36,372 nt of DNA from Opitutaceae bacterium (GCA_046594805.1 JBKJRG010000530.1:1-36372), one strand, 5' to 3'. Counted from the first letter of the stretch, positions 8,728 through 18,771 are shown. Notes: generated from the letters alone by a model not told the origin. Translations and numbers: made by a program.

Positions 8728-9654
8728 ATGACGTTCCCCGCGGCCGTGGAAGTTCTTTATGCGCTGAATGTCGGCGTGGTGAGTAGCGATGCAGCTCGGC
8801 ATGAGCGTCCCCATAAACCGGTGATGCTGCTTGCCGTGTTCGATGCGCTCGCCACTGGCAAGGCGCGACCGGACCGCGTCGAATGGAGCGACGGGTTGCG
8901 CGAACGCTTCCACCTCTATTTCGACGTGGTCAAGTCGCACAACGACGAGTGCACGCCAGAGAATCCGTTCTTCTATCTCAAGAGTGACGGGTTTTGGTTG
9001 CCCGTCGTAATTACTCCGCATGGCGAAGTTGCACTCAGCACAACACCCCTCGTGCGCGATTCAGATACAGGCAAGGTCGTTGCACAATTTGTCACCGGAT
9101 GGGATGTGCTCGTCGCCAATCCGGTATTCCGGATGGGCCTCCGCGATGCCCTCATCTCGCGGTATTTTCCTCACGCGCGCGCGGAATTGGCATCGCATTT
9201 CATTGAGCCATCGATGGGGAGCTTCTTTGCTCCGCCGCTCGTTGTCGAGGAACCCGAGGAAGTTCTCCCGGGCCGGAATGCCGCCTTTCGGCGGCAAGTC
9301 GTGGAGGTTTATGATCACCAGTGTGTCGCCTGCGGGCTCAGAATTAAGATCCCTGAACCGGAGATCACATTCGTCGATGCGGCTCACCTCGTGCCATTCG
9401 CCGAGACCCGAAATGATCACCCGGCCAACGGGCTCGCGCTGTGCAAGAACCACCATTGGGCGCTCGACCAACGCCTCATTGCACCCGACCCCCACGGTGT
9501 CTGGCACGTATCCCGGCGCCTCGAACCGAGGCGCTCGCGCGGTGAAGAGGAACTGGCAAAACTTGCCGGCCAAGCGCTGCTTCATCCTTCGGAGTCGGCG
9601 TTCGCTCCTGACCGCGTCAGTCTTACGTGGCGCTTCGAACGGCTGCTGAACTAG
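8728..9654 (+). CDS. HNH endonuclease with N-terminal sulfur-binding (SBD)-like domain; putative phosphorothioate-dependent nuclease
   Basis: PHKPVMLLAV and NPFFYLKSDGFW motifs; FRRQVVEVYDHQCVACG..DAAHLVP..NGLALCKNHHWALD; ATG at 8728. Confidence 0.8.
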   Translation: MTFPAAVEVLYALNVGVVSSDAARHERPHKPVMLLAVFDALATGKARPDRVEWSDGLRERFHLYFDVVKSHNDECTPENPFFYLKSDGFWLPVVITPHGEVALSTTPLVRDSDTGKVVAQFVTGWDVLVANPVFRMGLRDALISRYFPHARAELASHFIEPSMGSFFAPPLVVEEPEEVLPGRNAAFRRQVVEVYDHQCVACGLRIKIPEPEITFVDAAHLVPFAETRNDHPANGLALCKNHHWALDQRLIAPDPHGVWHVSRRLEPRRSRGEEELAKLAGQALLHPSESAFAPDRVSLTWRFERLLN

Positions 9655-9697
9655 GACTTCGCTCTGCTTAATCGCCGACGGCACGGATTTCTAAAAA

Positions 9698-10489
9698 ATG
9701 GACTCAATCGTCATCGGTATCGACGTCGGCGCGCCGAGTAAGGGCTATCATGCCGTTGCGCTGCGCGGGATAGAAGTGGTCGGGAAGTTTAAGTCGGCGG
9801 AGCCACTGGCGGTGGTGCAGTGGTGCGTGCAGCAGAATCCCGCGATTGTTTCCATTGATGCGCCGTGTCGGTGGCGGACGGCAGGCGCGTTGGCGCGCGC
9901 GTCCGAGCGCGAACTCGCTGGTGAACGGATCTCTTGTTTCTCAACTCCGACCGAGGAAAAGGCGAGGGGACACGCATTCTACAGCTGGATGTTCGCAGGA
10001 CACGCGCTGTATGCCGCGCTGACGCAGGATTTCCCCATTTATGCCGATCAACTAAAGGGTGCGCGCGTCAGCATCGAAACGTTTCCACAGGCTGTCGCCT
10101 ACGCACTGGCGGGTGGCATTGTCTCCGCGAAGAACAAACGAGCGGTGCGCAGCGAACTGCTCGCGCGGGTCGGTCTTCCGGTGGCCGAGCTTCATAACAT
10201 GGACGAGATCGATGCCGCGCTATGTGCTGTGGCCGCCCAAGCTTTCCTTGCCGAGAAGTTCAAAGCCTATGGCGATGCGGCCGGCGGTTTCATCATCGTG
10301 CCGAGTGAGCCCGTCCCTGGTTTCGACTTTGACCGGTTTCGGCCTTTGGCTGCTGATCGGGACGACGAGCCGAAGAGAAGTTCTCCATTGAGCAGGATCA
10401 TCGCCGGCTTGCCCCAGCTCAGTCCGGCTGAGCGTCAAACGCTACGTGCGCGACTCAACACCTTGGACCGTCTACCGGAATTCCGGTAG
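9698..10489 (+). CDS. DUF429 family protein (predicted RNase H-like nuclease)
   Basis: VIGIDVG, VSIDAP, RASERELA, IETFP, DEIDAALCA, GFIIVP. Confidence 0.8.
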   Translation: MDSIVIGIDVGAPSKGYHAVALRGIEVVGKFKSAEPLAVVQWCVQQNPAIVSIDAPCRWRTAGALARASERELAGERISCFSTPTEEKARGHAFYSWMFAGHALYAALTQDFPIYADQLKGARVSIETFPQAVAYALAGGIVSAKNKRAVRSELLARVGLPVAELHNMDEIDAALCAVAAQAFLAEKFKAYGDAAGGFIIVPSEPVPGFDFDRFRPLAADRDDEPKRSSPLSRIIAGLPQLSPAERQTLRARLNTLDRLPEFR

Positions 10490-10544
10490 ATGGAGATCGT
10501 GCCAACTCCTCGAATTGCACCAAAGTCGCCGCACCTTGGGAAGC

Positions 10545-10658
10545 ATGTTCACCCTCTTCGTCGCCGCACTTGTCGTCCTGATCATTCCCGCCATCGCCGT
10601 CGTCGCGCTGAGGGCGAAGCAAGCGGAAGGGATCGGTGAGGGAGCCGAAAGCGTATGA
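10545..10658 (+). CDS. Putative 37 aa single-pass membrane protein
   Basis: MFTLFVAALVVLIIPAIAVVALRAK...; stop overlaps the next start (ATGA). Confidence 0.4.
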   Translation: MFTLFVAALVVLIIPAIAVVALRAKQAEGIGEGAESV

Positions 10659-11551
10659 AGGCCGAATGGGTCTACGTCGCCATAAGCGTCTATCTGGTTG
10701 GCTTCGCCGGAGTCGTCGTCGGACTTTTTCTTTGGAAGATTCGACGAAAAGGCGGTCGACGGCCGGTGGATTTCAAACTCTTGCGTGGACCGGGTGAAAC
10801 GCTCCGTCGGCGAATCAAAGCCTTCGACGAGGATTTTGCCCTGAAGATGTTATTCCTGTCGCTCGTCCCGCTGTTTCTCACGGCGTTGCTGCTCGGACTG
10901 ACTTCGAAGCTCGGCATCAAAACTTGGACGCAGTTGGGGTCCTGGATCGGGTTTGTGGTCGCGATATTTACCGGTGCAGCGTCGCTCATCGGACGTTGGG
11001 CATGGCGCGAAATGGTCCGCTATCGCGGAGATGCGCTGGGGTATCTGGGGGAACGCGAAGTGGCTGAATGGCTGCAACCGCTGTGTGCGAAGGGATATCA
11101 GATCTTTCATGACGTCCCAGGGGCGGGAAGAAAGGCAGACTTCAACCTCGATCACGTCGCAGTCGGCCCGACCGGCGTCACAGTCGTTGAAACCAAGACA
11201 CGCCGCAAAGGCCGTGCCCGACCGGACGGCAGCGAGTATTACGTGAGATATGACGGCCAATTCCTCCATTGGCCTTGGGGTCCAGAACGTGACACACTAA
11301 ATCAAGTGACTGCCCAGGCGGATTGGGTGCGGAAGCTCATCAAGCAGCGCACACTGATCGAAGTTCCGGTAAGGCCGGTGATCGCCATCCCCGGTTGGTG
11401 GGTGGAGGGAGAACCAACCGACGTGTACGTGGTGAACGCCAAGAACGTGGCCAATGCGGTCGAGCATCGTCGCGAAATCCAACTCAGTCCGGAGGAAATC
11501 AAGCTGATCTCGATCCAACTCGATACGCTGTGCCGGGACGTTGAGGAGTGA
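10655..11551 (+). CDS. Membrane-anchored NERD (nuclease-related domain) protein
   Basis: Three hydrophobic segments, then GYLGEREVAE..IFHDV..NLDHVAVGPTGVTVVETKT. Confidence 0.85.
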   Translation: MKAEWVYVAISVYLVGFAGVVVGLFLWKIRRKGGRRPVDFKLLRGPGETLRRRIKAFDEDFALKMLFLSLVPLFLTALLLGLTSKLGIKTWTQLGSWIGFVVAIFTGAASLIGRWAWREMVRYRGDALGYLGEREVAEWLQPLCAKGYQIFHDVPGAGRKADFNLDHVAVGPTGVTVVETKTRRKGRARPDGSEYYVRYDGQFLHWPWGPERDTLNQVTAQADWVRKLIKQRTLIEVPVRPVIAIPGWWVEGEPTDVYVVNAKNVANAVEHRREIQLSPEEIKLISIQLDTLCRDVEE

Positions 11552-11667
11552 GGGCCGCGCCGAAGGGGGTCATGCCGTGAATCGTGACAAGCCGCGCGGG
11601 AGTGTACCTTGTTTCGGGTAGGCGCTTACGATTGATGCGCTGGGGATCCTGGCGTGCACTGGGGCGG

Positions 11668-11727
11668 GTGGCACGCAAGCTGAGAGTGGAGTTGCGGGCG
11701 ACTGTTACGAAAGCGTCCAATCGAGGA
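11668..11727 (+). pseudogene. Degenerate 5' remnant of a REP-associated tyrosine (Y1/HUH) transposase
   Basis: GTG-ARKLRVE then frameshifted (F)AGDCY..NRG, matching the RAYT N-terminus MARKLR.E(F/Y).GA.YHV.NRG; preceded by TTGATG-17-TGCACT and GGGGTCATGCCGTGAATCGTGACA. Confidence 0.6.
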
Positions 11728-11805
11728 CCTTGTAGACAGGCCGAGCCGAAGGGGTCATGTCAGGAATTGGGAGCCGACAAAGACCTCAGGCTTCACCCTC
11801 ACCCT

Positions 11806-11915
11806 GTTTGAGGAGTGTGAGCTGGATGGCGACGGCTCCGGAAGTTTCCAGAGTCCCGTTTACCCGAAATAGGATGAGCAAGGTGAGGGTGGAGCCTGAT
11901 GTGTTTGCTCGCCGC
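11806..11915 (+). repeat. ~110 bp direct repeat, copy 1
   Basis: Aligns by eye to 19684-19794 with about 10 substitutions and 1 indel. Confidence 0.9.
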
Positions 11916-12241
11916 CCTGACCCCGGGATCGTTCCGGCCACGGCCGCTGCAAACAAGCCGATCACGCCGAACGAGTCCGCCAAATCGGCACCGCCGTGTA
12001 TCGGGACCTCGGATGGGTGTGAACAGGGGAAATCCGCGACTTGTTCTCTTGACCGATTTTTACGGCGGCGGATAGTCGGCTCCATAGCCCCCGCGAGCGG
12101 TTGTGCCCGCGTTTTCCCTTTAGTTTTAGCTGGCGGCACGTCGCCATGCGGGCCATCCGCCCATTGAATTTTTTCGGGAGCCCGTGTCCAGGCGCCGGGT
12201 GATTGCACTTAAACTCCAACCGTTCGAACCCCCCACTACCG

Positions 12242-15200
12242 ATGCTCTGCCAACTGGCCGGGTTCCGCGCCTTCCTGGTTCTTGTTCTCGCCGCCTTGAA
12301 TGCCGCCAATGTCGCAGCCGCCGACGGCACGGCCACGGTCTCGGGCCGGGTCAAAAACGTCGCCACAAACCAGTACCTCAACAAGGCCCAGGTTTCGGTG
12401 AAGGGTCATGACAACATCGCCCTTACCGACGAGTTTGGCAGCTATCGGCTGGTAAACCTGCCGGCGGGGAATGTCACTCTCCAGGTTTTTTATACCGATT
12501 TGGATGTGCAGGAGGTGGCGCTGCAGCTGGCACCCGGCGCAGCCGTGGAGCGCGACTTCGACCTGACCAGCGTCGCTCGTTACGGCACCCAGGCAACCGT
12601 GCAGCTCGATCCCTTCAAGGTGGCCGCCGACCGCGAGACCAATGCGCAGGCGATCGCAATCAACGAGCAGCGGTTCGCCTCCAACATCAAGAACGTGGTC
12701 TCAACCGATTCCCTCGGGACCATCCTCGGCAACAACGCCGGCGAATTCCTGAAATATCTGCCCGGCGTCACCGGGGAGTATGCGCAGCTCGATATCAACT
12801 CCGTGTCCCTGCGTGGCATCGGCGGCGGGATGACCGCGTTCACTTCCAATGGCGAACCCATGGCGAGCGCCTTCGTCGCGGGCCAGGGGCGGTCGTTCAA
12901 CCCGCAGACCATGACTTTCCAGGACATCTCGCGCGTCGAGGTGACGAAAGTGCCGACGCCTTCGACGGCCGCCGACTCGCTGGCCGGTTCGATCAATCTG
13001 GTCAGCAAGAGCGCGTTCGAGCGCGCCCGCTCCCAGCTCCACTATGGCGTCAACCTGATCGGTAACGGCGAGAACCTCACGCTGCGCAAGACGCCGTATT
13101 CGGTGGGCGACAAGACCACCTATAAGACGCACCTCGGCGGCGATTTCGATTTCACGTGGCTCGTCAACAAGCGCCTCGGGATCGTCTTCACGGGACTCCA
13201 CAGTGACAAGTACAACGAGCAGCACTTGTCGAACATGACGTGGAACACCGGCGGCACAGCCACCGGCGCGTCGATGGCCCGGCCGTACCTGCAGCAGTAT
13301 TCGCTGACGGACGGCCCGCAGAACAAGGCGCGCACCACCGCGAGCATGAAGGCCGACTTTCGGGTCACCCGGCACTCCGTGCTGTCGCTGAAGACTTCGT
13401 TCAACCGGTTCTTCTCCACCACGGGCAGCCTGGGCTGGACCTTCAACGCCGGCACCACCGGCACCCCCACCGTGGCCGGGGGCACGGCGCTTACCTTCGG
13501 GGAAACCTTCACCAACGGCGCCTCTGGCCGCGGCACCGTGACCATGAATGGCGGCGCGACCTGGCGCGAAGTCGATACGACCGCCTCGAGCCTCAGTTAC
13601 CGGCTGGATGACGGCGTCTGGCGAATCGAGGCGGGAATCAGCGAGTCCGTATCCGACAGCGCCATGCGCAATCGCGAGAACGGGCAGTTCAGTGGCTACG
13701 CGGTCGCGCTCACCGCCCCGGTGCGGCTGGTCTTCGCCAATATCATCCCCACCCGGCCCGCCAGCATTCGCGTCTTCGACGATGCGGGCCGCGAGGTGGA
13801 TCTGTACGATATTCGAAACTACCGGGCGAACACCGCCAGCGAGTCGCTCTACGACATCACCGACCGGTTCCAGTCTGGCAATGTGCACGTCCGCCGCACT
13901 CTCGGTTTCCTGCCCGTGCCGGCGGCCCTGCAGCTCGGCGGTTCCCGCCGTAGCCAGATCAACGATACGCAATCCTCCAGCCCCGCCTGGACGTTCAACG
14001 GCCTGGACGGCAATCCGGCGACGGTCGAAGCGCCGCCCGCCAACACCCTCATGCAGGTCTACGTGAACCAGGACTCGCATTACGGGTTCCGCAACATCCC
14101 TTGGGTCTCGCCCAGCCGGGCCTGGGCCGCGCACCGGGCGAATCCGACGCTCTTTGCGCAGACCGACGCGCAGAAGGTGGCGGAAGCGCAGGGCCGAATC
14201 AACAACTCCGAACGGATTCGCGAGACCGTGTCCGCCCTCTACGCCCAGGGAGAGGCGCGCCTGTTTTCGAACCGGTTGAAGGTCCTGACCGGGGTGCGTT
14301 ACGAACGCACGGCCGGCGACGGGGTCGGGGCGTTGAATGATCCCAATGCCGTGTTCGTGCGCAACCCCAGCGGGACCTTTGCGAAGAACGCCGCGGGCGC
14401 AAATATTCGCAAGCCGGAGGCGGGCGCGGCGGGGTCAATGGAGCAGCTGCGCCTGACCGCGAAGGAGCGGGCGGCGCGGTCCCAGCGCACCTATGACGGC
14501 TACTACCCCAGCGCCCACCTGACCTACGACTTGCGGGAGAACTTTCTCGTGCGCGCCGCCTATGCCCGCACCTACGGCCGGCCGAATTTCTCCGACATCG
14601 TGCCGCGCACGGTGATCAATGAACGCGATCTGACCCAGGATCAGCTGGATGATCCCAACGTCATCAAAGGCACCATCACGGTCCGCAACGCCGGCCTGCG
14701 CCCCTGGACGGCCAACAACTACGACCTTTCGCTCGAATATTACACGAAGGGCGGCGGACTGTTCAGCGGCGGGCTGTTCATGAAGGAAATCAGCAACTTC
14801 TTTGGGGACGCCGTCCGCCTGGCCACGTTGGCCGACCTCGACGAGGTCGGCATCGACGACCCACGGTTCGTCGGCTGGAATCTGTCCACCAAGTTCAATT
14901 CGGGCGCCGCCCGGATTACCGGGGCCGATTGCAATATACGCTACTCTCTCCGCGAGCTGGGCCGCTGGGGCTCGTTCTTCACCGTCTTCGCCAACGGCAC
15001 CTATCTGAAACTGCAGGGCAGCCAGCAGGCACAATTCTCCAGCTTCATTCCGAAGAGTGCCAATTGGGGCGTTTCCTTCAATCGCGGCCGGCTCTCGCTG
15101 GTGGCAATGTGGAATTACCGTGGACTCAACCGGCGCACCGCGCAACCGGCCTTCGGTCCCGACGGGTTCGAATACTTCAACCCGGTGACGAAAATGGATC

Positions 15201-15376
15201 TAAGCGTCTCGTATCTCTTCAGCCGGCGCCTATCGTTCGTCGGCAGCATGAACAATGTTTTCAATCAGTCCACCGAGCTCATGCGGTACGGCTCGCAGAC
15301 TCCCTTCTACGCCCGACAGGCCCGCACCGAGGAGTTCGGCGCCGGCATTTCCATCGGCATCAAGGGGTCCTATTAA
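12242..15376 (+). CDS. TonB-dependent receptor with N-terminal carboxypeptidase-regulatory-like domain
   Basis: Signal peptide, VSGRV..TDEFGSYRL, plug EFLKYLPGV..ISRVEVTKVPTP..GSINLVSK, GVRYERT, C-terminal IGIKGSY; start could be 12203. Confidence 0.92.
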   Translation: MLCQLAGFRAFLVLVLAALNAANVAAADGTATVSGRVKNVATNQYLNKAQVSVKGHDNIALTDEFGSYRLVNLPAGNVTLQVFYTDLDVQEVALQLAPGAAVERDFDLTSVARYGTQATVQLDPFKVAADRETNAQAIAINEQRFASNIKNVVSTDSLGTILGNNAGEFLKYLPGVTGEYAQLDINSVSLRGIGGGMTAFTSNGEPMASAFVAGQGRSFNPQTMTFQDISRVEVTKVPTPSTAADSLAGSINLVSKSAFERARSQLHYGVNLIGNGENLTLRKTPYSVGDKTTYKTHLGGDFDFTWLVNKRLGIVFTGLHSDKYNEQHLSNMTWNTGGTATGASMARPYLQQYSLTDGPQNKARTTASMKADFRVTRHSVLSLKTSFNRFFSTTGSLGWTFNAGTTGTPTVAGGTALTFGETFTNGASGRGTVTMNGGATWREVDTTASSLSYRLDDGVWRIEAGISESVSDSAMRNRENGQFSGYAVALTAPVRLVFANIIPTRPASIRVFDDAGREVDLYDIRNYRANTASESLYDITDRFQSGNVHVRRTLGFLPVPAALQLGGSRRSQINDTQSSSPAWTFNGLDGNPATVEAPPANTLMQVYVNQDSHYGFRNIPWVSPSRAWAAHRANPTLFAQTDAQKVAEAQGRINNSERIRETVSALYAQGEARLFSNRLKVLTGVRYERTAGDGVGALNDPNAVFVRNPSGTFAKNAAGANIRKPEAGAAGSMEQLRLTAKERAARSQRTYDGYYPSAHLTYDLRENFLVRAAYARTYGRPNFSDIVPRTVINERDLTQDQLDDPNVIKGTITVRNAGLRPWTANNYDLSLEYYTKGGGLFSGGLFMKEISNFFGDAVRLATLADLDEVGIDDPRFVGWNLSTKFNSGAARITGADCNIRYSLRELGRWGSFFTVFANGTYLKLQGSQQAQFSSFIPKSANWGVSFNRGRLSLVAMWNYRGLNRRTAQPAFGPDGFEYFNPVTKMDLSVSYLFSRRLSFVGSMNNVFNQSTELMRYGSQTPFYARQARTEEFGAGISIGIKGSY

Positions 15377-15413
15377 TGCCCGCTGTCGCGCCGCGGCGAC
15401 AACTTTTCACCGC

Positions 15414-17003
15414 ATGAAAACTGTTTTATCCGTCGCGCTGCTCGGCACGTTCGCCCTGTCTTCCCTGCACGCCTCGGTCACGGCGGAACGGGATATTCCG
15501 GCGCGGCTTTGGGTCCGGCTGCAGGACGCCCAGGGCAACCCGGTCACCGCGCGAGTTTACCTCAAGAACGAGAAGGGTGACTTCATCGTGCCCGAGGGCA
15601 GCATTGCCCGCGGCCGCGGCGAGCGCTTCTTCCATGCGCGGGGCCAGTTTCAGGTGGTCCTGCCCCAGGGGAAATACACGGTCGAGGCGGTGAAAGGCCC
15701 CGAGTACGAGCCGGTCACCAAGAATCTCAATCTGGGCTACATCGAGCTCAACGATCGCACGACGACCGAGACCCTCACGCTCAAGCGGATGATCGATATG
15801 CCGGCGCAGGGTTGGCTTTCCGGCGATGTGCACATGCATCCCAACCATCGCGAGGGCGGGCTCTACATGACGATGGAGGACTGTGAACTGCTCGCGGCCG
15901 GGGAGGACATCCGGGTGGCCAATCTGCTGATCGGCAACCGGCAGTACACCACGCGCGTCTTCGACACCGAGTTCTTCCGCGACGGCGAAGTCGATCCCGC
16001 CTCGAGTCGCGAGACCATGATGGTGGTGCAGGAGGAATTCCGGAACACCTCCGACATGTACGGCCACATGCCGCTGCTCGGAATCAAGAAACTGGTCGAA
16101 CCGTTCTTTTCCGGCGAGCGGCCTTACTGGGAGGACTACCCGCCAAATTACTCGACCGCGAAGCGCGTGCAGGAGATGGGCGGCGTGGTCAGCTATGCGC
16201 ATCCCGCGACGCGGCTGGGCGTGCTGATCGGGCCCCAACAGGCCCGGGAGGGTCCGATCGATCTGGCGCTGGGGGTCATCAACGCCCTCGACGTGCTCAG
16301 CAATTCCGACGAGGACGCAACGTCGTACCTTTATTATCGCGTGCTCAATTCCGGTCTGCGCTGCGCCGCCTTGGCGGGCACCGACACCCAAATGGACGCC
16401 ACCGACAACAGTTCGATCCCCGGCGGCGGCCGCGTGTACGTGAAAGTCGATCCGCCGCTCACGTACCCGAAGTGGATCGAGGGTATCCGCGCCGGGCGGA
16501 CGTTTGTCTCGAACGGCCCGATGCTTTTCCTCGATGTCGACGGCAAGGGGCCCGGCGGTGATATCCGGCTCGCTGGCCCGGCCCGGCTGACGGTTTCCGC
16601 CGAGGCGCACTCCCTCCCGCCGATGCAGGCCCTCGAGTTGATCGTCAACGGCGAGGTGGTCGCGAAGGCCGAGCCCACCGCGGAGGGTACGCGGGCGAAG
16701 CTGTCGCATGTCCTCCCAGTCGACGGCAGCGCCTGGATCGCGGCGCGGGTGCGCGGCGCCGGGCACCGGCGGGTGACGAATGATTCCCACCTCTTCGCGC
16801 ACACCAGCCCGGTTTACGTCACCCGCGACAACAAGCCGGTCGCAATTCCGAAGGACGCGAAGATCGTGCTCGGATGGATCGACCGCCTGATCGAGGATGT
16901 CAAAAAGTCGCCGCGCTTCGCCAGGGAGGCGCACCGCCAGGAAGTCCTCGAAATTTTCCACCGGGGCCGCAGTCATTACGAAAAAATCGCAGCCGGCCAG
17001 TAG
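15414..17003 (+). CDS. Secreted CehA/McbA-family (PHP-like) metallohydrolase
   Basis: Signal peptide; KGPEY, GWLSGDVHMH, YGH, YAHP, AGTD, GRTFVSNGP, AHTSPVYV. Confidence 0.8.
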   Translation: MKTVLSVALLGTFALSSLHASVTAERDIPARLWVRLQDAQGNPVTARVYLKNEKGDFIVPEGSIARGRGERFFHARGQFQVVLPQGKYTVEAVKGPEYEPVTKNLNLGYIELNDRTTTETLTLKRMIDMPAQGWLSGDVHMHPNHREGGLYMTMEDCELLAAGEDIRVANLLIGNRQYTTRVFDTEFFRDGEVDPASSRETMMVVQEEFRNTSDMYGHMPLLGIKKLVEPFFSGERPYWEDYPPNYSTAKRVQEMGGVVSYAHPATRLGVLIGPQQAREGPIDLALGVINALDVLSNSDEDATSYLYYRVLNSGLRCAALAGTDTQMDATDNSSIPGGGRVYVKVDPPLTYPKWIEGIRAGRTFVSNGPMLFLDVDGKGPGGDIRLAGPARLTVSAEAHSLPPMQALELIVNGEVVAKAEPTAEGTRAKLSHVLPVDGSAWIAARVRGAGHRRVTNDSHLFAHTSPVYVTRDNKPVAIPKDAKIVLGWIDRLIEDVKKSPRFAREAHRQEVLEIFHRGRSHYEKIAAGQ

Positions 17004-17412
17004 CGGATCGCTTTCGCCGCCGCGTTACCTTGCGACTTCTCTCCTGCGAGGCGGTGAGAGGGTCACGACGCGCAGCGCGAACGCACTACGGCGTACGCGT
17101 GAAACTTGCCCAGACGACATTAACGGAAACGGACCGGACAATCCGCGCTTCCGGGCCGAGCCGTAAGGGGTGGAGGCGCGCTACAGATTAATGTCTCAAG
17201 CCTGCCCGCCAGGAAGTCGGCCCCGGAAAAACTGACGTTCGCCGCCGCACTGAGTCCCTCGTTGCGGCCTGGCGTTTTCAACGGTCGCCTCTACCCAATT
17301 CATGGCACCAGCGGTTTTGTCTCGATTCCTGACGCGACCCTTTTTGGAGTTCTCTTTTTGGAGTTCCCAATGCGGCTTGAGGTCAAGCCGTCCCACCGTT
17401 ACCGAAATCGGC

Positions 17413-18771
17413 ATGTCTTCGACCCCGAACTCCCCGCGCGTTTCGCGCCGTCATTTCCTGCAACTCGTCTCCGCCGCCGGCGTCGGCGTCCTCGGTTTCC
17501 CCGCCATCCTGCGGAGCGCCTCGGCGGGGGATAAACTCAAGATTGCGGTCATCGGTTGCGGCGGACGCGGCGCTTCCAACTGGGGCGAGATGACCGGCGA
17601 AAATATCGTCGCGCTCTGCGACGTGAACGAAAAAAATCTCCAGGCCGCGTCGGTAAAGTGCCCGAACGCGAAACATTTTCGCGACTACCGGAAGATGTAT
17701 GAGTCGCTCCAGGATTCCGATTTCGACGCGGTGGTGGTTTCCACGACGGAGCACACGCATGCGTTCGCCACGCTGCCGGCATTGAAACGGAAGAAACACG
17801 TTTACTGCGAAAAGCCGCTGACGCGCGACGTGCACGAAGCGCGCATCATCACCGAGGCGGCAAAAGCCGCGGGCGTCGCCACGCAGATGGGCACCCAGAT
17901 TCACGCCACCGCCAATTACCGCCGCGTGGTCGAGCTCGTGCAGAGCGGCGCGATCGGCGCGGTCCGCGAAGCGCATGTATGGGTGAACCGCACCTGGGGC
18001 TGGCAGTCGCCGGAGGACGCCGCAAAATACCAGGATCGCGTCAGCACCCAGGAGCGCCCGACGACCGTGGATCCCGTCCCGCCCGAGCTCGACTGGGATC
18101 TGTGGATCGGGCCCGCGCCGTTCCGGCCGTTCAATCAAGCCTACATTCCCGGCAACAAATGGTATCGCTGGTGGGATTTCGGCAACGGGACCATGAGCGA
18201 TCTCGGCTCGCACTACAACGACCTGCCGTTCTGGGCGCTCAACCTCGATGCTCCGCAATCCATCGAAGCCCAGGGTCCGCCCCCGCACCCGGAGATCGCG
18301 CCGGCGACCATGAGCGCGACGTATTCGTATGCCGCGCGCGGCTCGCGCCCCGCCGTGAAGCTAACGTGGTATCAGGGGCAAATGAAACCGCCGCAATGGG
18401 AGGAGAAACAGATCCCGCAGTGGCCGGACGGCCATCTCTTCGTCGGTGACAAAGGCATGCTGCTCTCGAATTACTCGAAGCATCTGCTGCTGCCCGAAGA
18501 CAAATTCAAGGACTTCACCCCGCCGCCGAAGACGATCCCGGATTCGCTGGGGCACCACAAGGAGTTCCTGCACGCATGCAAAACAGGGGCGCCGACGACG
18601 TGTCATTTCGGATACAGCGGCCCGCTCACGGAGGCGAACCACCTTGGCAATGTCGCCTACCGCGCCGGCAGGAAGATCGAGTGGGACGCGAAGACGATGA
18701 AAATCAAAAACGCGCCCGAGGCGGAGCGGTTTCTGAAACGGAGTTATCGCGAAGGCTGGAAGCTGGTATGA
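17413..18771 (+). CDS. Gfo/Idh/MocA family oxidoreductase with Tat signal
   Basis: SRRHFL twin-arginine motif; [10 protein letters not shown]; HVYCEKP; [10 protein letters not shown]. Confidence 0.92.
   Translation: MSSTPNSPRVSRRHFLQLVSAAGVGVLGFPAILRSASAGDKLKIAVIGCGGRGASNWGEMTGENIVALCDVNEKNLQAASVKCPNAKHFRDYRKMYESLQDSDFDAVVVSTTEHTHAFATLPALKRKKHVYCEKPLTRDVHEARIITEAAKAAGVATQMGTQIHATANYRRVVELVQSGAIGAVREAHVWVNRTWGWQSPEDAAKYQDRVSTQERPTTVDPVPPELDWDLWIGPAPFRPFNQAYIPGNKWYRWWDFGNGTMSDLGSHYNDLPFWALNLDAPQSIEAQGPPPHPEIAPATMSATYSYAARGSRPAVKLTWYQGQMKPPQWEEKQIPQWPDGHLFVGDKGMLLSNYSKHLLLPEDKFKDFTPPPKTIPDSLGHHKEFLHACKTGAPTTCHFGYSGPLTEANHLGNVAYRAGRKIEWDAKTMKIKNAPEAERFLKRSYREGWKLV

Larger units (their letters stand above)
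11559..11924. mobile_element. RAYT-associated palindromic elements (right island boundary)
   Basis: GCCGAAGGGG(G)TCATG at 11559 and 11745; GGGGTCA (11751)...TGACCCC (11918-11924) enclosing imperfect inverted arms 11778-11806/11879-11907. Confidence 0.6.

Noticed and set aside
11786-12208. 140 aa minus-strand ORF
   Set aside because: Spans the repeat and the TonB promoter region; the second repeat copy has an indel; no motifs
12701-16976. Long antisense ORFs (477, 516 aa; likewise 574 aa at 24560 and 557 aa at 30679)
   Set aside because: Shadow frames of well-supported genes in high-GC DNA
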